A stretch of 64,000 nucleotides of DNA, taken from contig NW_024055493.1 in NCBI RefSeq assembly GCF_902713615.1, positions 124,001 to 188,000 on the forward strand, in the 5' to 3' direction. Within the stretch, counting starts at the first letter, position 1. The number at the start of each line of letters is the position of its first letter. Below are positions 37,151-48,900 of the stretch, piece after piece. Below the pieces are notes generated by a model that made no database searches, was not told the origin of the DNA, and saw only the letters and a program-made list of their open reading frames with translations. Made by a program: the position numbers and the translations under genes. Source of the DNA: Scyliorhinus canicula. Its lineage: Eukaryota.

Positions 37151-37624
37151 AATCGTCGTGTCATTCATAATACTCATGAAGCTCTTGAAATTTCCCAAAG
37201 CTCAGCAGGTTCACCAATGTCCTTCAGGAAAATAAATCTTCCCTCCTTCCCCTGTCTAGACTATATGTAACTAGTTCAGCAATGATGTGGTTGCCGCTTA
37301 ACTACCTCTGATATTACCGAGCAAGCCAGTCAGTCGAAGAGAATCTGCAATATAAAGTCAAATGTGAATTCAACTGTGCAAAGTGCACCTTATCTAAAAG
37401 GTGGTTCTCATCCGGCTTCACAGGATGGACAGTTAATGCTGACTTTGTCAGTGAGGGTCATAGGCCGGGAATGAATGTTAAAAATAGTGCAAAGTGCTGC
37501 AGAATCCGGAAATCTAAAACAAAAACAAAATAAAAAAGGCTGCTCAGCAGGTCAGTGAGCATCAGCAGAGAGAGAAACAGATTCACATTTCTAGTGGATT
37601 GCCTCATTTACAGAATTCTAAAGA

Positions 37625-37860
37625 GTAGACCTGATTTTCCCAGTATCCTGGACCAATGTCCGTTCTTGAACATAAATCACAGATTGGTTGGTCACTGATC
37701 ACATTTCAGGTTGTGGGATCTTGCTGTGCACAAATTCCCTGCTATGTTTCCAACATTACAGCAGTGACTAAATTCAGCAAAAATATATCAGTGAGTTTTC
37801 AGGGCATTGGGATGACCTGAGATCGGGTAAAGCATTTCACAAAAGCAAACTCTTTCCAAA
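37625..37860 (+). mobile_element. Old SINE with Deu-domain-like core (paralogue at ~43610-43835)
   Basis: CTGCTGTGC.CAAATT.CCTGCT.TGTTTCC.ACATTACA.CAGTGACT resembles the DeuSINE (AmnSINE1/SacSINE1) central domain. Recalled similarity, not aligned. Confidence 0.55.
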
Positions 37861-38935
37861 CGTTTACATTTTAAAATGCAAGTTGTAAGATTTTGAAAGA
37901 TCTGAGATTAATGTGACTATAGATCACTCCTCTGCCTGATGTTTTAATTTATCTATTTTAAATCGGTTAATATTTCAATCAAATTAGCATTCAGTGGAAT
38001 AACAGCCTGGTTAAAGATGCTTTATTAATTGAGACATCAGAACTTTCAGAATTAACACTTAATTCAACTGTATTCTTTAATTCAATTAAGTAACATCTGT
38101 TCTAATGGAGGGTTCTATACATTTTAATAGACTGTTAATATTCTTAAAATAACCGGCTATTTTGAGTTGAAACTAATCAATAAGTGGCTGTGTTTATCTC
38201 GTTTTGCTGACATTGTGCCAGTGAGGTGTTTAAGTAAATAAACACAGAAATAGAAGGCCCAGTTCAGACTGCAGACTGACAAAAACAAAACAACTATTTC
38301 CCTGCCAACACAGCACAGAAATAGAGATGAAGATGTAAATAGATTAACGGATTCAAGCAGTAATTGTTTTTGGACATTTATTTCTTCATCAGTTATATTA
38401 GAAAAATGTCATCATGATATCTATGTTCAGAATGAGGAAAGTTTCCCTTTAATCTCGAATATTATGACATGCCAAATGTGTTCGTAGAGTTTTCATGTAT
38501 CTGATATCTGTGTCTTTCTCCCAATTGGTTCTGTCTCATGCCTCTCCACGATGGGTCATTGTCTGTAATCGACAAATTGAAGTCAACATGTGCCCAATAT
38601 ATTCTCTCAGCCCGATCACACCCCATTGGCTTCCAACTAAATGGATCGAATCCAATGAATTGGAATACATAGAGAGAGTTTTCTTCTAAAATGTGGTTAG
38701 AGCATTCAATTACCTTGTTGTGTTTAATCAGAACTGTAGAGAAAATTTTACTCTGTATCTAACCTGAGCTGCACAGAGTGGTGAGGATTTGATTTGGCAG
38801 TGCCGAATGATCTTTCCCTATATATAACCAGTCTGAGAGACATAGATAGTTTCTTGATTAATAAGGGGATCAGGGGTATGGGGAGAAAACAGGAGATGGG
38901 CGATTAGAAACATAACAGTCATGATTGAATGAGGA

Positions 38936-39155
38936 GGGGCAGCACGGTGGCGCAGTGGTTAGCATAGCTGCCTCACAGTGCCGAGGTCGATCCTGTCCCT
39001 GGGTCACTGCCCGTGTGGAGTTTGCACATTCTCCCCGTGTTTGCATGGGTTTCGCCGCCACAACCCAAAAGATGTGCAGGGTAGGTGGATTGGCCACGCT
39101 AAGTTGCCCCTTCATTGGAAAAAATGAATTGCTGACTCTAAATTTATTTTTAAAA
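38936..39155 (+). mobile_element. Short poly(A) V-SINE (copy B only)
   Basis: Perfect 15-bp TSD ATGATTGAATGAGGA at 38921-38935 and 39156-39170. Confidence 0.93.
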
Positions 39156-39394
39156 ATGATTGAATGAGGAGCACACTCGATGGGCCTAATGGTCTAGTTC
39201 TGCTCATGTTCTTATGGTTTTATGGTCTGAAGACCATCTGTGGACGATCTTAGAATAGATAGGTGCTTCATTGCCATCGCCGATACGATGGATGGAAGGG
39301 CGTCATTCTGTATTGTAAACCTCTAAGACTCCATGGCTCTATGACATGGTCTAAAACGATTATCACTCATACAGGGTGGAAATTGACCTAAACT

Positions 39395-39678
39395 AATCCA
39401 AAAACCTTTATTGCCACAAGTAGGCTTACATTAACACTGCAATTAAGCTACTGTCAAAAGCTACTCGTCGCAGCATTCAGGCGCCTATTCGGGTACACAG
39501 AGGGAGAACTCAGAAAGTCAAAGTTACCTAACAGCACGTCATTCGGGGCACGTGGGAGGAAACCATAACACCAGGAGGAAACCCATACAGAACACAGGGA
39601 GAACGTGCAGACTCCGTACAGTGACCCAAGTCAGGAATCAAACCTGGGACCACGGCGCTGTGAAGCAACAGTGCCACT
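39395..39678 (-). mobile_element. V-SINE with an alternative 3' tail (shared with the third SINE family)
   Basis: V-domain body followed on the - strand by AGGCGCC.GAATG..CAGTAGCTT.ATTGCAGTGTTAATGTAAGCCTACTTGTGGCAATAAA. Absent from copy A. Confidence 0.8.
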
Positions 39679-40276
39679 GAGATTGGATCTAGTGCAGTGA
39701 TTACTGATACAGAGTCCACACTAACATAAACCGAGACAGGTTCTAGTGCAGAAATTACTGATACAAAGTTTGATTCACCTTAAATGATATAGGACGTCGA
39801 GCAGTGACCATTGATTCAGAGTCTGGAATAGTCTAAACTGAGGTAGGGTCTATTTCGGTAATTCCTGCTGCAGGGTCTGGATTAATATATGTCTAAAGAG
39901 TTATTAGGTCAGATGATTGAAAGCTTGGTCGACGAAGCAAGTTATATGGGATGATTTTTATTAAGGGAATTGAGGTAAAGAGGAGTGTGGAATGCATACC
40001 AGAGCTCAGGGCCGAGACGCATGAAGACATGGCAAAGTGAAACAATTAATTCCGAAGATAGCATTACGTCTTGATTGATTACAGTTGCAAACATTTTGAA
40101 CAATGTTTTTTCCACACCGACACGAACGGTCAATACGTTTTTGCAGTGATTTCAATTGCTCTCCTTAACCAGATGAGAGTTCTATGGTTGTTCAGATATT
40201 TATCCTGTGGGTGCCAATCTGGCGATACTGTGAGACACGGTTCTGTCTAACACTGCCAGTGCATCAGGTTCTGACG

Positions 40277-41078
40277 ATCCACTCTGCCTATGCTCCTCAT
40301 AATTTTGTAGACCTCTATCAGGTCGTCGCTCAACCTCCGTCGTTCCAGTCAGAACAAACCAAGTTTATTCAACCTCTTCTCATAGCTAATGCCCTCCATA
40401 CCAGGCAACATTCCGGTAAACCTCTTCTGCACACTCTCAAACGCCTCCACATCCTTCTGGTAGTGTGGCGACCAGAATTGAACACTATACTCCAAGTGTG
40501 GCCTAACTAAGGTTCTATACAGCTGCAACATGACTTGCCAATTTTTAAGCACTATTCTCCGACCAATGAAGGCAAGCATGCCGTATGCCTTCTTGACTGC
40601 CTTCTCCACCTGTATTGCCCCTTTCAGTGACCTGTGGACGTGTACACCTAAGTCTCTCTGACTGTCAATACTCTTGAGGGTTCTGCCATTCACTGTATAT
40701 TTTCCACCTGTATTAGACCTTTCATAATGCATGACCTCACATTTGTCCGGATTAAACTCCATCTGCCATCTCTCCACCCAAGTCTCCAAATGATCTAAAT
40801 CCTGCTATGTCCTCTGACAGTTATCATCGCTATCTGCAATTCCACCAACCTTTGTGTGAGAGAGAGTCATTGGACTCGAAACGTCAGCACTTTTCTCTCC
40901 TTACAGATGCTGCCAGACCTGCTGAGATTTTCCAACATTTTCTCTTTCGCCCTACCAACCTTTGTGTCGTCCGTAAACTTACTAATCAGATCAGTTACAT
41001 TTTCCTCAAAATAATTTATATATACTACCAACATCAAAGGTCCCACCACTGGTCCCTGCGGAACACCACGAGTCACAA
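40277..41078 (-). mobile_element. CR1/HER1-type RT fragment (copy B only)
   Basis: ORFs 40349..40789 and 40867..41265 (VPQGPVVGP..SKFTDD; LVRPHLEYSVQFWSP). Confidence 0.88.
40858..40953 (+). mobile_element. 96-bp pseudo-LTR fragment of a second Penelope-like family
   Basis: 14-bp direct repeat ACCAACCTTTGTGT (40844-40857, 40954-40967). Contains GAGTC-ATTG-GACTC-GAAACGTC and CAGATGCTGCCAGACCTGCTGAG. Confidence 0.7.
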
Positions 41079-42499
41079 CAAGCAAATATATAAAATAATT
41101 TGTAATATCGAGACAGACAACAGGAACATGGTCCAGTGTAATATTAACAGAGACAGGCCCTGGTGTGATGTAAAGAGACACATTCCAGTGGAATATAAAA
41201 GAGGCGGAACTTAATGTAATATAATAATATGCATGGTTTAGTGTAATATTAATTGAGTGTGGCACAAACAGAACAGTGTAGTACAGACAGGGACAGGATT
41301 TACTTTAATATAAATAAAGGCAGAGTCTCATTCAACTTGAGAAGAAACAGATTTGACGTAATACAGTGACATAGAAAATAGAGCAGGAGTAGACCATTCT
41401 GTCCCTGCTCCGCTATTCATTCTGATCATGGTTGGTCATCCACATCAGTAACCTGTTTCCACTTTCCCCCCTGTCATTTGGTCCCTTTATAGCTTTGATC
41501 CCCAAGAGCTTTATCTAACGCCTTCTTGAAAACATAGAATACTTTGGACTCAACTTCGTTCTGTTGTATAGAATTCACAGATTCACAAATCTCAGGGTGA
41601 ACACATTGCTCCTCATCTCAGTCCTAAATGGTTAACCCCGTATCCTTAGACTGTGACACCTTGTTCTAGCTTTGCCGGCCATCGGGACCATCCTCTCTGC
41701 ATCCGCCCTGTCTAGTCCTGTTGCGATTTGATCGGTTTATAATCAGAGCGGAAAATTAATTCATATCTCATTAATCAGTGTTCTCTGTTTTCTGACCCTT
41801 CTTCCAGTGAATTAAGTTTCTTCCTAACTAATCAAACAAAACCATTCCGATTTTGACAATTTTCACCAGGCCTTCCCATAACCTGCTGGGTTATAAGGAA
41901 AACAATCCCAGCTTCCAACCGCTCTGACCGTGCAGCTGATGCAGTGAGAAGATCAGGTTGTACATATGTTTCTGCCTTGCTTGCATTTAGATGCTATTTT
42001 TGGAATAACTGATATTTTATATGGAGCCAATGGACATCCATTCACCATTACCATTGTGTCCGAATAAGACCAAGACTAATAAAGACCAACCTCTGAAAAT
42101 TAAATTGACCCAAGTAAGACTGGACCCAGAGTTTGAACTTTAGATACACTGAGCAATATATCAGAATGTCAAAATACAAACCATGATAGGTTAGCAGTCT
42201 TGTCTAGTGGAATCCATATCACCTCCCACAACAGATACCTGAGCCCATGATCCAGACCTGTGATCGAATTCAGGAGGAGTGTATTATGTTCAGTTGTTCC
42301 ATCTTTAGATGTGATGATTTCAGTCTTAGGGTAGTTTCGCAAAGATTATTACAAAACTGGTAACCTGGAGGTCTGAACTAATACTCCAGACACAGGAGTG
42401 CAAATTCCTCCAGGGCATATTACAGTGCTGTGAACGGTTTGGTCTCCTTATGTAAAGATAGATATTTGGGGGCAGTCCCGAGAGTGGAGGGATTTTCAA

Positions 42500-43085
42500 A
42501 GGCAGGTAGCATTTCACAGCACCGACAGAGGCTCTTCGGCCCATCGGTCCTCTGTCTGTCAGCAAATAAAGAAGAATCCGGCCTTGAATCACAGACCTTG
42601 CGGTAAACCGCCAAACACGCTGACCAATTGCACCACAGAGACTGACATGAGGAGAGCTTAAGTAGGTTAGGACTACACGCATTGGAGTTTAGAAGAATGA
42701 GAGGCGAAGTTACTGAGATTTATAGTTATCTCAGGGCACTTGACAATGTAGATGTTAAAGGTTGTTTCGGCTTGTGGGAGGGTCTAGGACCATAGGGCAC
42801 AATCTAAGTGTAAGGTGCCACTCATTTCAGACGAGGATGAGGAGGAATTTCTTCTCTCAGAGGGTAGTGATTCTCTAGAATTCTTTGCCATAGAGAGTTG
42901 GCCTGGTCAATCAATGTGTTCAAGGCTGAGACAGACAGATTCTTCATCAGTAAGGGAATCAAGGGTTATGGGAACGACGTGGAAATGTGGAGTTGAGGAT
43001 TTTTACCAGATTTGCCACGAACTCATTGAATGGCAGATCAGATTCCATGGGCCGAATGGCCAAGTTCTGCTCCAAATCCTATGGG
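42500..43085. mobile_element. CR1 3' fragments
   Basis: LGLHALEFRRMRG..SRT.GHNL..RNFFSQRVV remnants at ~42660-43080 (+), plus a short - strand tail piece at ~42500-42660. Confidence 0.65.
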
Positions 43086-44577
43086 GTTTTTGCAGCTGTA
43101 GAGACTTTCAATTGAATGGCTTAATCAATCAACCAAAAATCATCGCGTTGTTTATACTTCCGAAGAAATGGAAATTTCACGCGAAGCCCAGCAGGTTCAC
43201 CAGCGTCCTTCAGAAGAAATCTTCCCTCCTTACTCTCTCTGGCCTATATGTGTCTCTATTTCAACAATGATGTGGTTGACTATTAACTATCTCTGATATT
43301 GCCGAGCAAGCAAGTCAGTTGAAGGGAAGATGCTACAGAAAGTCAAATGTGAATAAAATTGCTCGAAGTGCACCTCATCAAAAAGATGGTTCACATCCGG
43401 CTTCTCAGGATGGATAGTTAATGCTGACTTTGTCACTGATGGCTACATGGCGAGAATGAATCCAAAACTGCGCAAACTGCTGCAGATTCTGGAAATCTAA
43501 AACAAAAACAACAAAAAAGACTGCGGAGAAGGCCAGTGGGCATCAGCAGAGAGAGAAACAGATTCACATTTCAGATGGATTACCTCACTGATATAATTCT
43601 AAGGGCAGAGCTGCTTTTCCCAGTATGTTGGACCAATGTCCGTTCTTCATCTAAAATCACAAATTAGCTGGTCACTTATCACATCTCAGTTTGTGGAGCT
43701 GCTGTGCGCAAATTCCCTGCTCTGTTTCCAACATTACAGCAGAGACTAAATTCAGCAAAAAAATATCAGTGAGTTTTAAGGGCGTTGAGGTGACCTGAGG
43801 TCGCGTAAAGTGTTTTACAAAAGCAAGCTCTTTTCAAATGTTAACATTTTTAAAATGCTGGTTGTAATATGTTGAAAGATCTGAGATTGATGTGACTATA
43901 GATCACTCCTCTGCTTGATGTTTTAATCTATCTACTTTAAATAGGTTAATATTTCAATCAAATTAACGTTCAGTGGAAAAGTAGCTGGTTAAAGATGCTT
44001 TATTAATTGAGGCATCAGAACTTTCAGAATAAATTCTTAATTTAAAGTATTTTTTATTTCAATTAAGTAACATCTGTTCTAATGGAAGTTTCTATTCATT
44101 TTAACCAACTGTCAATATTCTTAAAATAAACCGCTATTTTGAGTTAAAACTAATCAATAAGTGACTGTGTTTATCTAATTTTGCTGACATGAACACTTCA
44201 TTGTGACCAGTGAGGTGTTTATGTAAATAGACACAGAAATAGAAGATCTAGATTAGATTGCGGACTGAGAAAAGCAAAACAAATGTTTCCCCACCAACAC
44301 CGCACAGAAATAGAGCAAATGATGCAAATAGATCAACGGATTCCAGTAGTGTTTGTTTTTCGACATTTTTTTAATTCATCAGTTATATGAGAAAAATGTC
44401 ATGATGATATCCATGTTCATAATTAGGAAATATTCCCTCTAATCTCTAAATATAAGGGCATGCCAAGTGTGTTAGTAGAATGTCCTGCATCCTATCTCTC
44501 TCTGTGTCTTTCTCATAACTGGTTCTATCTCATGTCTCTCCACAAAGGGTCATTGTCTTTAATCGACATGTGGCCAA

Positions 44578-44722
44578 CACTAATAACAATTTTACTGTGA
44601 AAAGCCCCGAGTCGCCACATTACGGCGCCTGTTCAGGTGAGCTGGAACGGGAATTGAACCCGGGCTGCTGGGCATGTTCTGCATCACAACCAGCTGTCTA
44701 GCCCACTGAGCTAAACCAGCCC
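44578..44722 (-). mobile_element. Third-family tRNA-type SINE (copy B only)
   Basis: The - strand starts GGGCTGGTTTAGCTCAGTGGGCTAGAC and includes CAGGCGCCG.AATGTGGCGACT.GGGGCTTTTCACAGTAA. Confidence 0.8.
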
Positions 44723-46621
44723 TCTCAGCCCGAACTCACCCCGTTGGCTTCCCAACTAAATGCATCGAATCCAATGTATTGGAATCCGTCGAGGGAATTT
44801 TACTCTAAAATGAGGTTGGAGCATTCAATGGTCTTGGAGTGTTTAATGAGAACTGTAGAGACAAGTTTCCTCTATATCTGATCTGGGCTGCACATGGTGG
44901 TGAGGATTGATGTGGCAGGGTCGAAGAATCTTTCCTTGCACTAATCCAGCTGCCGAGGCCTTGGAGCATTTGACTGAAGAGTGTAGAGCAAGTTTACTTG
45001 CATGTAACCTGCACTGAACCTGCCCTGTGAGTGTTTGATATGACTGTGCACAGGGAGATTTACTCCGTATCTGAACTGTGCTGCACCTGACCTGGGTGGG
45101 TTTGATGGGAAAATGCAGAGGTTTCTTTACCCAGTAACTAACCCCACTGTCAACCTGTCTTGGGAATCTCTGAAGGAAGAGCGCAGAAGAGGTTTTGCCT
45201 GGTATAGAACTCTTGGTTTCTAGGCCTTTAATGTGTTTGAGCGAGAGGGAATTTAATTCTATATCTAAACAAACTGCAGCTGCTCTGAGAATGTTTGATG
45301 GGGACAGTGTGAGGGAGTTTCTCTTTGTCTCCAACCTGTGATGCACCTGGCCTGCGAGTGTTTGAAGGGGCAGTCGTCCCTGTCTCTGTATTGCACCAGG
45401 CTGTGAGCCCGTCTCTGTTTATATTATACTACCTTGTGCCTGTGTCAGTTTATATTAAATAAGGACCTATTTCTCTTTGTTCATATTAAACTAGGCCACC
45501 AATTAGAGGACATGTCTTGATCAATAAGGCGTTCAGGAGTTATTGGGAGAAGGGAGGAGAATGGGGATTAGGAACATATTGGCAATGATTGAATGGGGGA
45601 GCAATCGCGATGAGTCGAATGGCCTAATTCCGCTCCTTCATCTTTTGGACTGAGGGACCCTGTTTGTCTCTCTTTACATTAACCTACAACCTGACTCTGT
45701 TTCTATTAATTTAAACCTGTCTCTGTTTGTATTCCATTAGATACAGCCTCAATTCTGCACTGGGCATGTCTCTTCATATTACATTGGACCCAGCCTCGGT
45801 AATTGCTGCGGTAGACCATGTACAATGTTTTGGAAAATGGCTGAAGTGGAAATTGTGAAGATTAAAAAAACTGAGGGAACAGTGACAGTCTAAAATTCAT
45901 TAGCGAGCAATGCTGATCTATGCCCAGATAAACGTCATAATCTGTCTTGTCACCACCCTGGATCTGTGGACATACAAGCGCAGACCTCCCTGATCTTCTT
46001 GCAGCCACTTCAACTTGTACAACTGAAATTCTATTGCCTGGGCCTAGTGCAATAAACTAAGGGAATGGAATAGTTGTAATTGTGTCACATAAACATAGGA
46101 CAATTAGATAAATAACTGAGACAGAACCTAATGTTACAGCAACATTCATTCTCTTCACAGCAGGCATGCAGTAGCTGCATTGTGTAACATCGCCGGGCTG
46201 CACTGCAGAAACTCGCCAAGATTTCTTCAACAGCATCTTCCATACCCGAGACCTCCGAGAATCACTAGGGCAACAAGCACATGGGAACACAATACTCTGC
46301 ATCCTGCTACACATCCAACTCTCTGGGGTAGGAATTGGTCTTGGGCACTGGCAACGAAGAAGTGCCAACTGAAATCTAATTCCGTTGACTGCACTGAAAA
46401 TGAATATCAAATGTTGCATAGCACACACTGTATACACTATACATCCCGTTTCAGGCTGTTGCCATATACTGATTTCTTGTTCAAAATATCTATTTATTAT
46501 ATTATCTTTCCATCTCAAAGACCTGTGGAATAATGCGCCCACAATTCAAAATAGAGTCATCATCTGGTGCATTAATAAAAGGGAGCAGGTCTCGAAAACA
46601 AATAGGCAGATTCAGGATCAA

Positions 46622-46921
46622 ATATAGAATCCCTACAGGGCAGAATGCCACTCGGCCCATAGCATCTGCCCCGACCTTTAAAAGAACACCTTCCCCAATC
46701 TCCTGCCCTTGCAACATGACCTGCGCATCCCTGGACACTAAGGGGCAATTTAGAATGGCCAATAAACCTAACCTACATATTTTTGGGTTATGGGAGGAAA
46801 CGGGAGCACCCGGAGGAAAGCCACTCAGACACAGGGAGAAAGTGCAAACTCCACACGGATCGTCAAGAATTGAACCCTGGAGCTATGAGGCAGCAGTGCT
46901 AACCACTATGCCTCCGTGCCG
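46622..46921 (-). mobile_element. HE1-type V-SINE, diverged
   Basis: V-domain and CR1-like tail recognisable on the - strand. Confidence 0.85.
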
Positions 46922-47464
46922 CCGATAACATAATAAAAAACTGGGTCTAGTGCAATATAAACTGAGTTCTGGTCTAGCGGAGTGTCGATTGATACAAATT
47001 GAGACATGATCAATGCAGCAATAAGAGGGATATCGTACAACACAAGAATAACAGGGGCAGGGGCTAGTGTTATACAAACAGGGACATGGACAGGTGTAGA
47101 ATTAACTAAAGCAGCATTGAGTTTATTAGAATCTAACTATCTTGTCGAGTAATAACTGAGACCGAACCACGTGATGCAAACAGAATGTTGTTCCAGTTAC
47201 GATGCACAGATAAACGTTCTGATGCTGTAACCATTGTGACGTGTTTCGTGCCAGACGAACCGACATATGATTCAGTGCAGTTATTATTAATAATTTGTAA
47301 TATAAACAGGGCGTGGGCCTGTATATTAACAACTGATACTCAGCCGAGTGCAGGGAAACTGAGACAGGACCTGCTGTAATGTGATAGAGACACGGCGAGT
47401 GTAATGTAAACAGAGGCCGGGGCTAGGTGAATGTAAGCTGACAGATATTTTAAAAATGATTTAA

Positions 47465-48900
47465 TGGCATCTTGGTGTCACCAGTAACGTCAGCATTTGA
47501 TGCCAATTCCTAATTGCCCTTGGGAATGTGGTGTTGATCCCGCTATTGAACCATTGCATTCCATACTGAGCACGTCCACCCACAGAGCTGATAGGAAGGG
47601 AGTTCCAGGATTTTGACCAGTGACAGTAAAGAGATATAGTTCCCATCTTCTGCACTGTAAATTCTATGAAATCTATGAAGATGGTGTGAGGCTTGTCGGG
47701 GAACTTGCAGGTCCTGCTGTTACAATGCGTCTGCCGGGCCTGGTCCTTCTAAATGTCTGAGTTCGTGGGTTTGGAAGGTGGTATAGAAGGAAGCAGTTGC
47801 TGCAGTACATCCTTGTATATCGCTCACGCTGCTAGAATTGTACACCCGTGATGCAGGGAGTGAATGTTTCAGCTGGTGGATGGGGTGTTCCTCGAGTCGG
47901 CCACTTTGTCCTGGATGACGTTGAGATTCTCGAGTGTTGCTTGAAGGGCGCACTTCAGACAAATGGAGAATATTCAGTTAAACCCCTGACATCTGCCTTC
48001 TAGATGATGAGTCGGGGTTGGGAAGTCAGGAAGTGAGTAACTCACCGTAAAATTTCCAGCCACTGACCTGCTTTTGTAGCCACATTATTGAAATTGTTCT
48101 TCCAGTTCAGTTTTTCATCAATGCTAATGATGGTGGGGGATTATATCAAGGCAGTGTCATTTAAAATCAAGGGGAGATGGTTAGCATCTCTATTTTTGGG
48201 GTGGTCATTGCCTGACACTTGTCAGCCCAAGCCTGAATGTTGTCCAAGTCTTACTGTACATGGAGACAGACTTCTTCAGTATTTGAGGAATCGAATATGG
48301 TGCAGAACATTGGGTAATCATCAACGAACAACCCCACTTCTGACCTTATGATGAAGGTCCGGGTCCGGGGGCACTATGCTAGGACACTATACGTGACAGG
48401 ATGCTCCTTGACATTTTTCATGAAGTTGCTGATGATCGAATGCGGACTGATAGGGAAATAATTGGCCGGGTTGGGTTTTTCCTGCCTTATGTGGACGGGT
48501 CATGTTTGGCAATGTTACACATTGTTGGGTACAGGGCAGTGCTGTACCTGCACTGGAGCAACTTGCCTGGGGCGCAGCCAGCTCCAGGCCACACATCTTC
48601 AGTATTGTTGCTAGAATGTTGCCAGGGATAATGCATTAGCAGCGCCGTCAGCCGTTTGTTGATATCGTGTGGAGTGAATCAAATTTGCTGAAGACTGACA
48701 TCCATGATGATGCAGACCACCGGAGGAGGCCGAGATGGATCATCATCTCGGCACCTCTGGCAGAAACTTTCAGTCTTGTTTTTTGCACTGACGTGCTGGG
48801 CTCCCGCATCATTGAAGAGGGGAATTTTATTGAGGCTCCTATTCCGGCCTTTTGTTTATTTATTCGTTACTATTCAGGACTGGATGTGGCAAAACTGCAG
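47465..48900 (-). mobile_element. Second-family LINE (CR1/L2 group), decayed 3' and internal fragments
   Basis: SKSWNSLP motif (ORF 47461..47655) and blocks shared with 61265-62420. Confidence 0.7.

Larger units (their letters stand above)
33400..38835 (+). repeat. Tandem segmental duplication, copy A
   Basis: Collinear with 38840-44950 over both repeat and unique sequence (e.g. 37880-38600 versus 43860-44570). Confidence 0.9.
38840..44950 (+). repeat. Tandem segmental duplication, copy B
   Basis: Collinear with 33400-38835 and carries its own set of post-duplication insertions. Confidence 0.9.

Noticed and set aside
37490-43600. Possible hammerheads in - strand pLTR remnants at ~37590-37620 and ~43560-43600
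   Set aside because: Core and stem II are too decayed to call.
44322-44329. Perfect octamer ATGCAAAT
   Set aside because: It lies 9.5 kb from the VH leader, the paralogous site in copy A reads ATGTAAAT, and no V segment is nearby.
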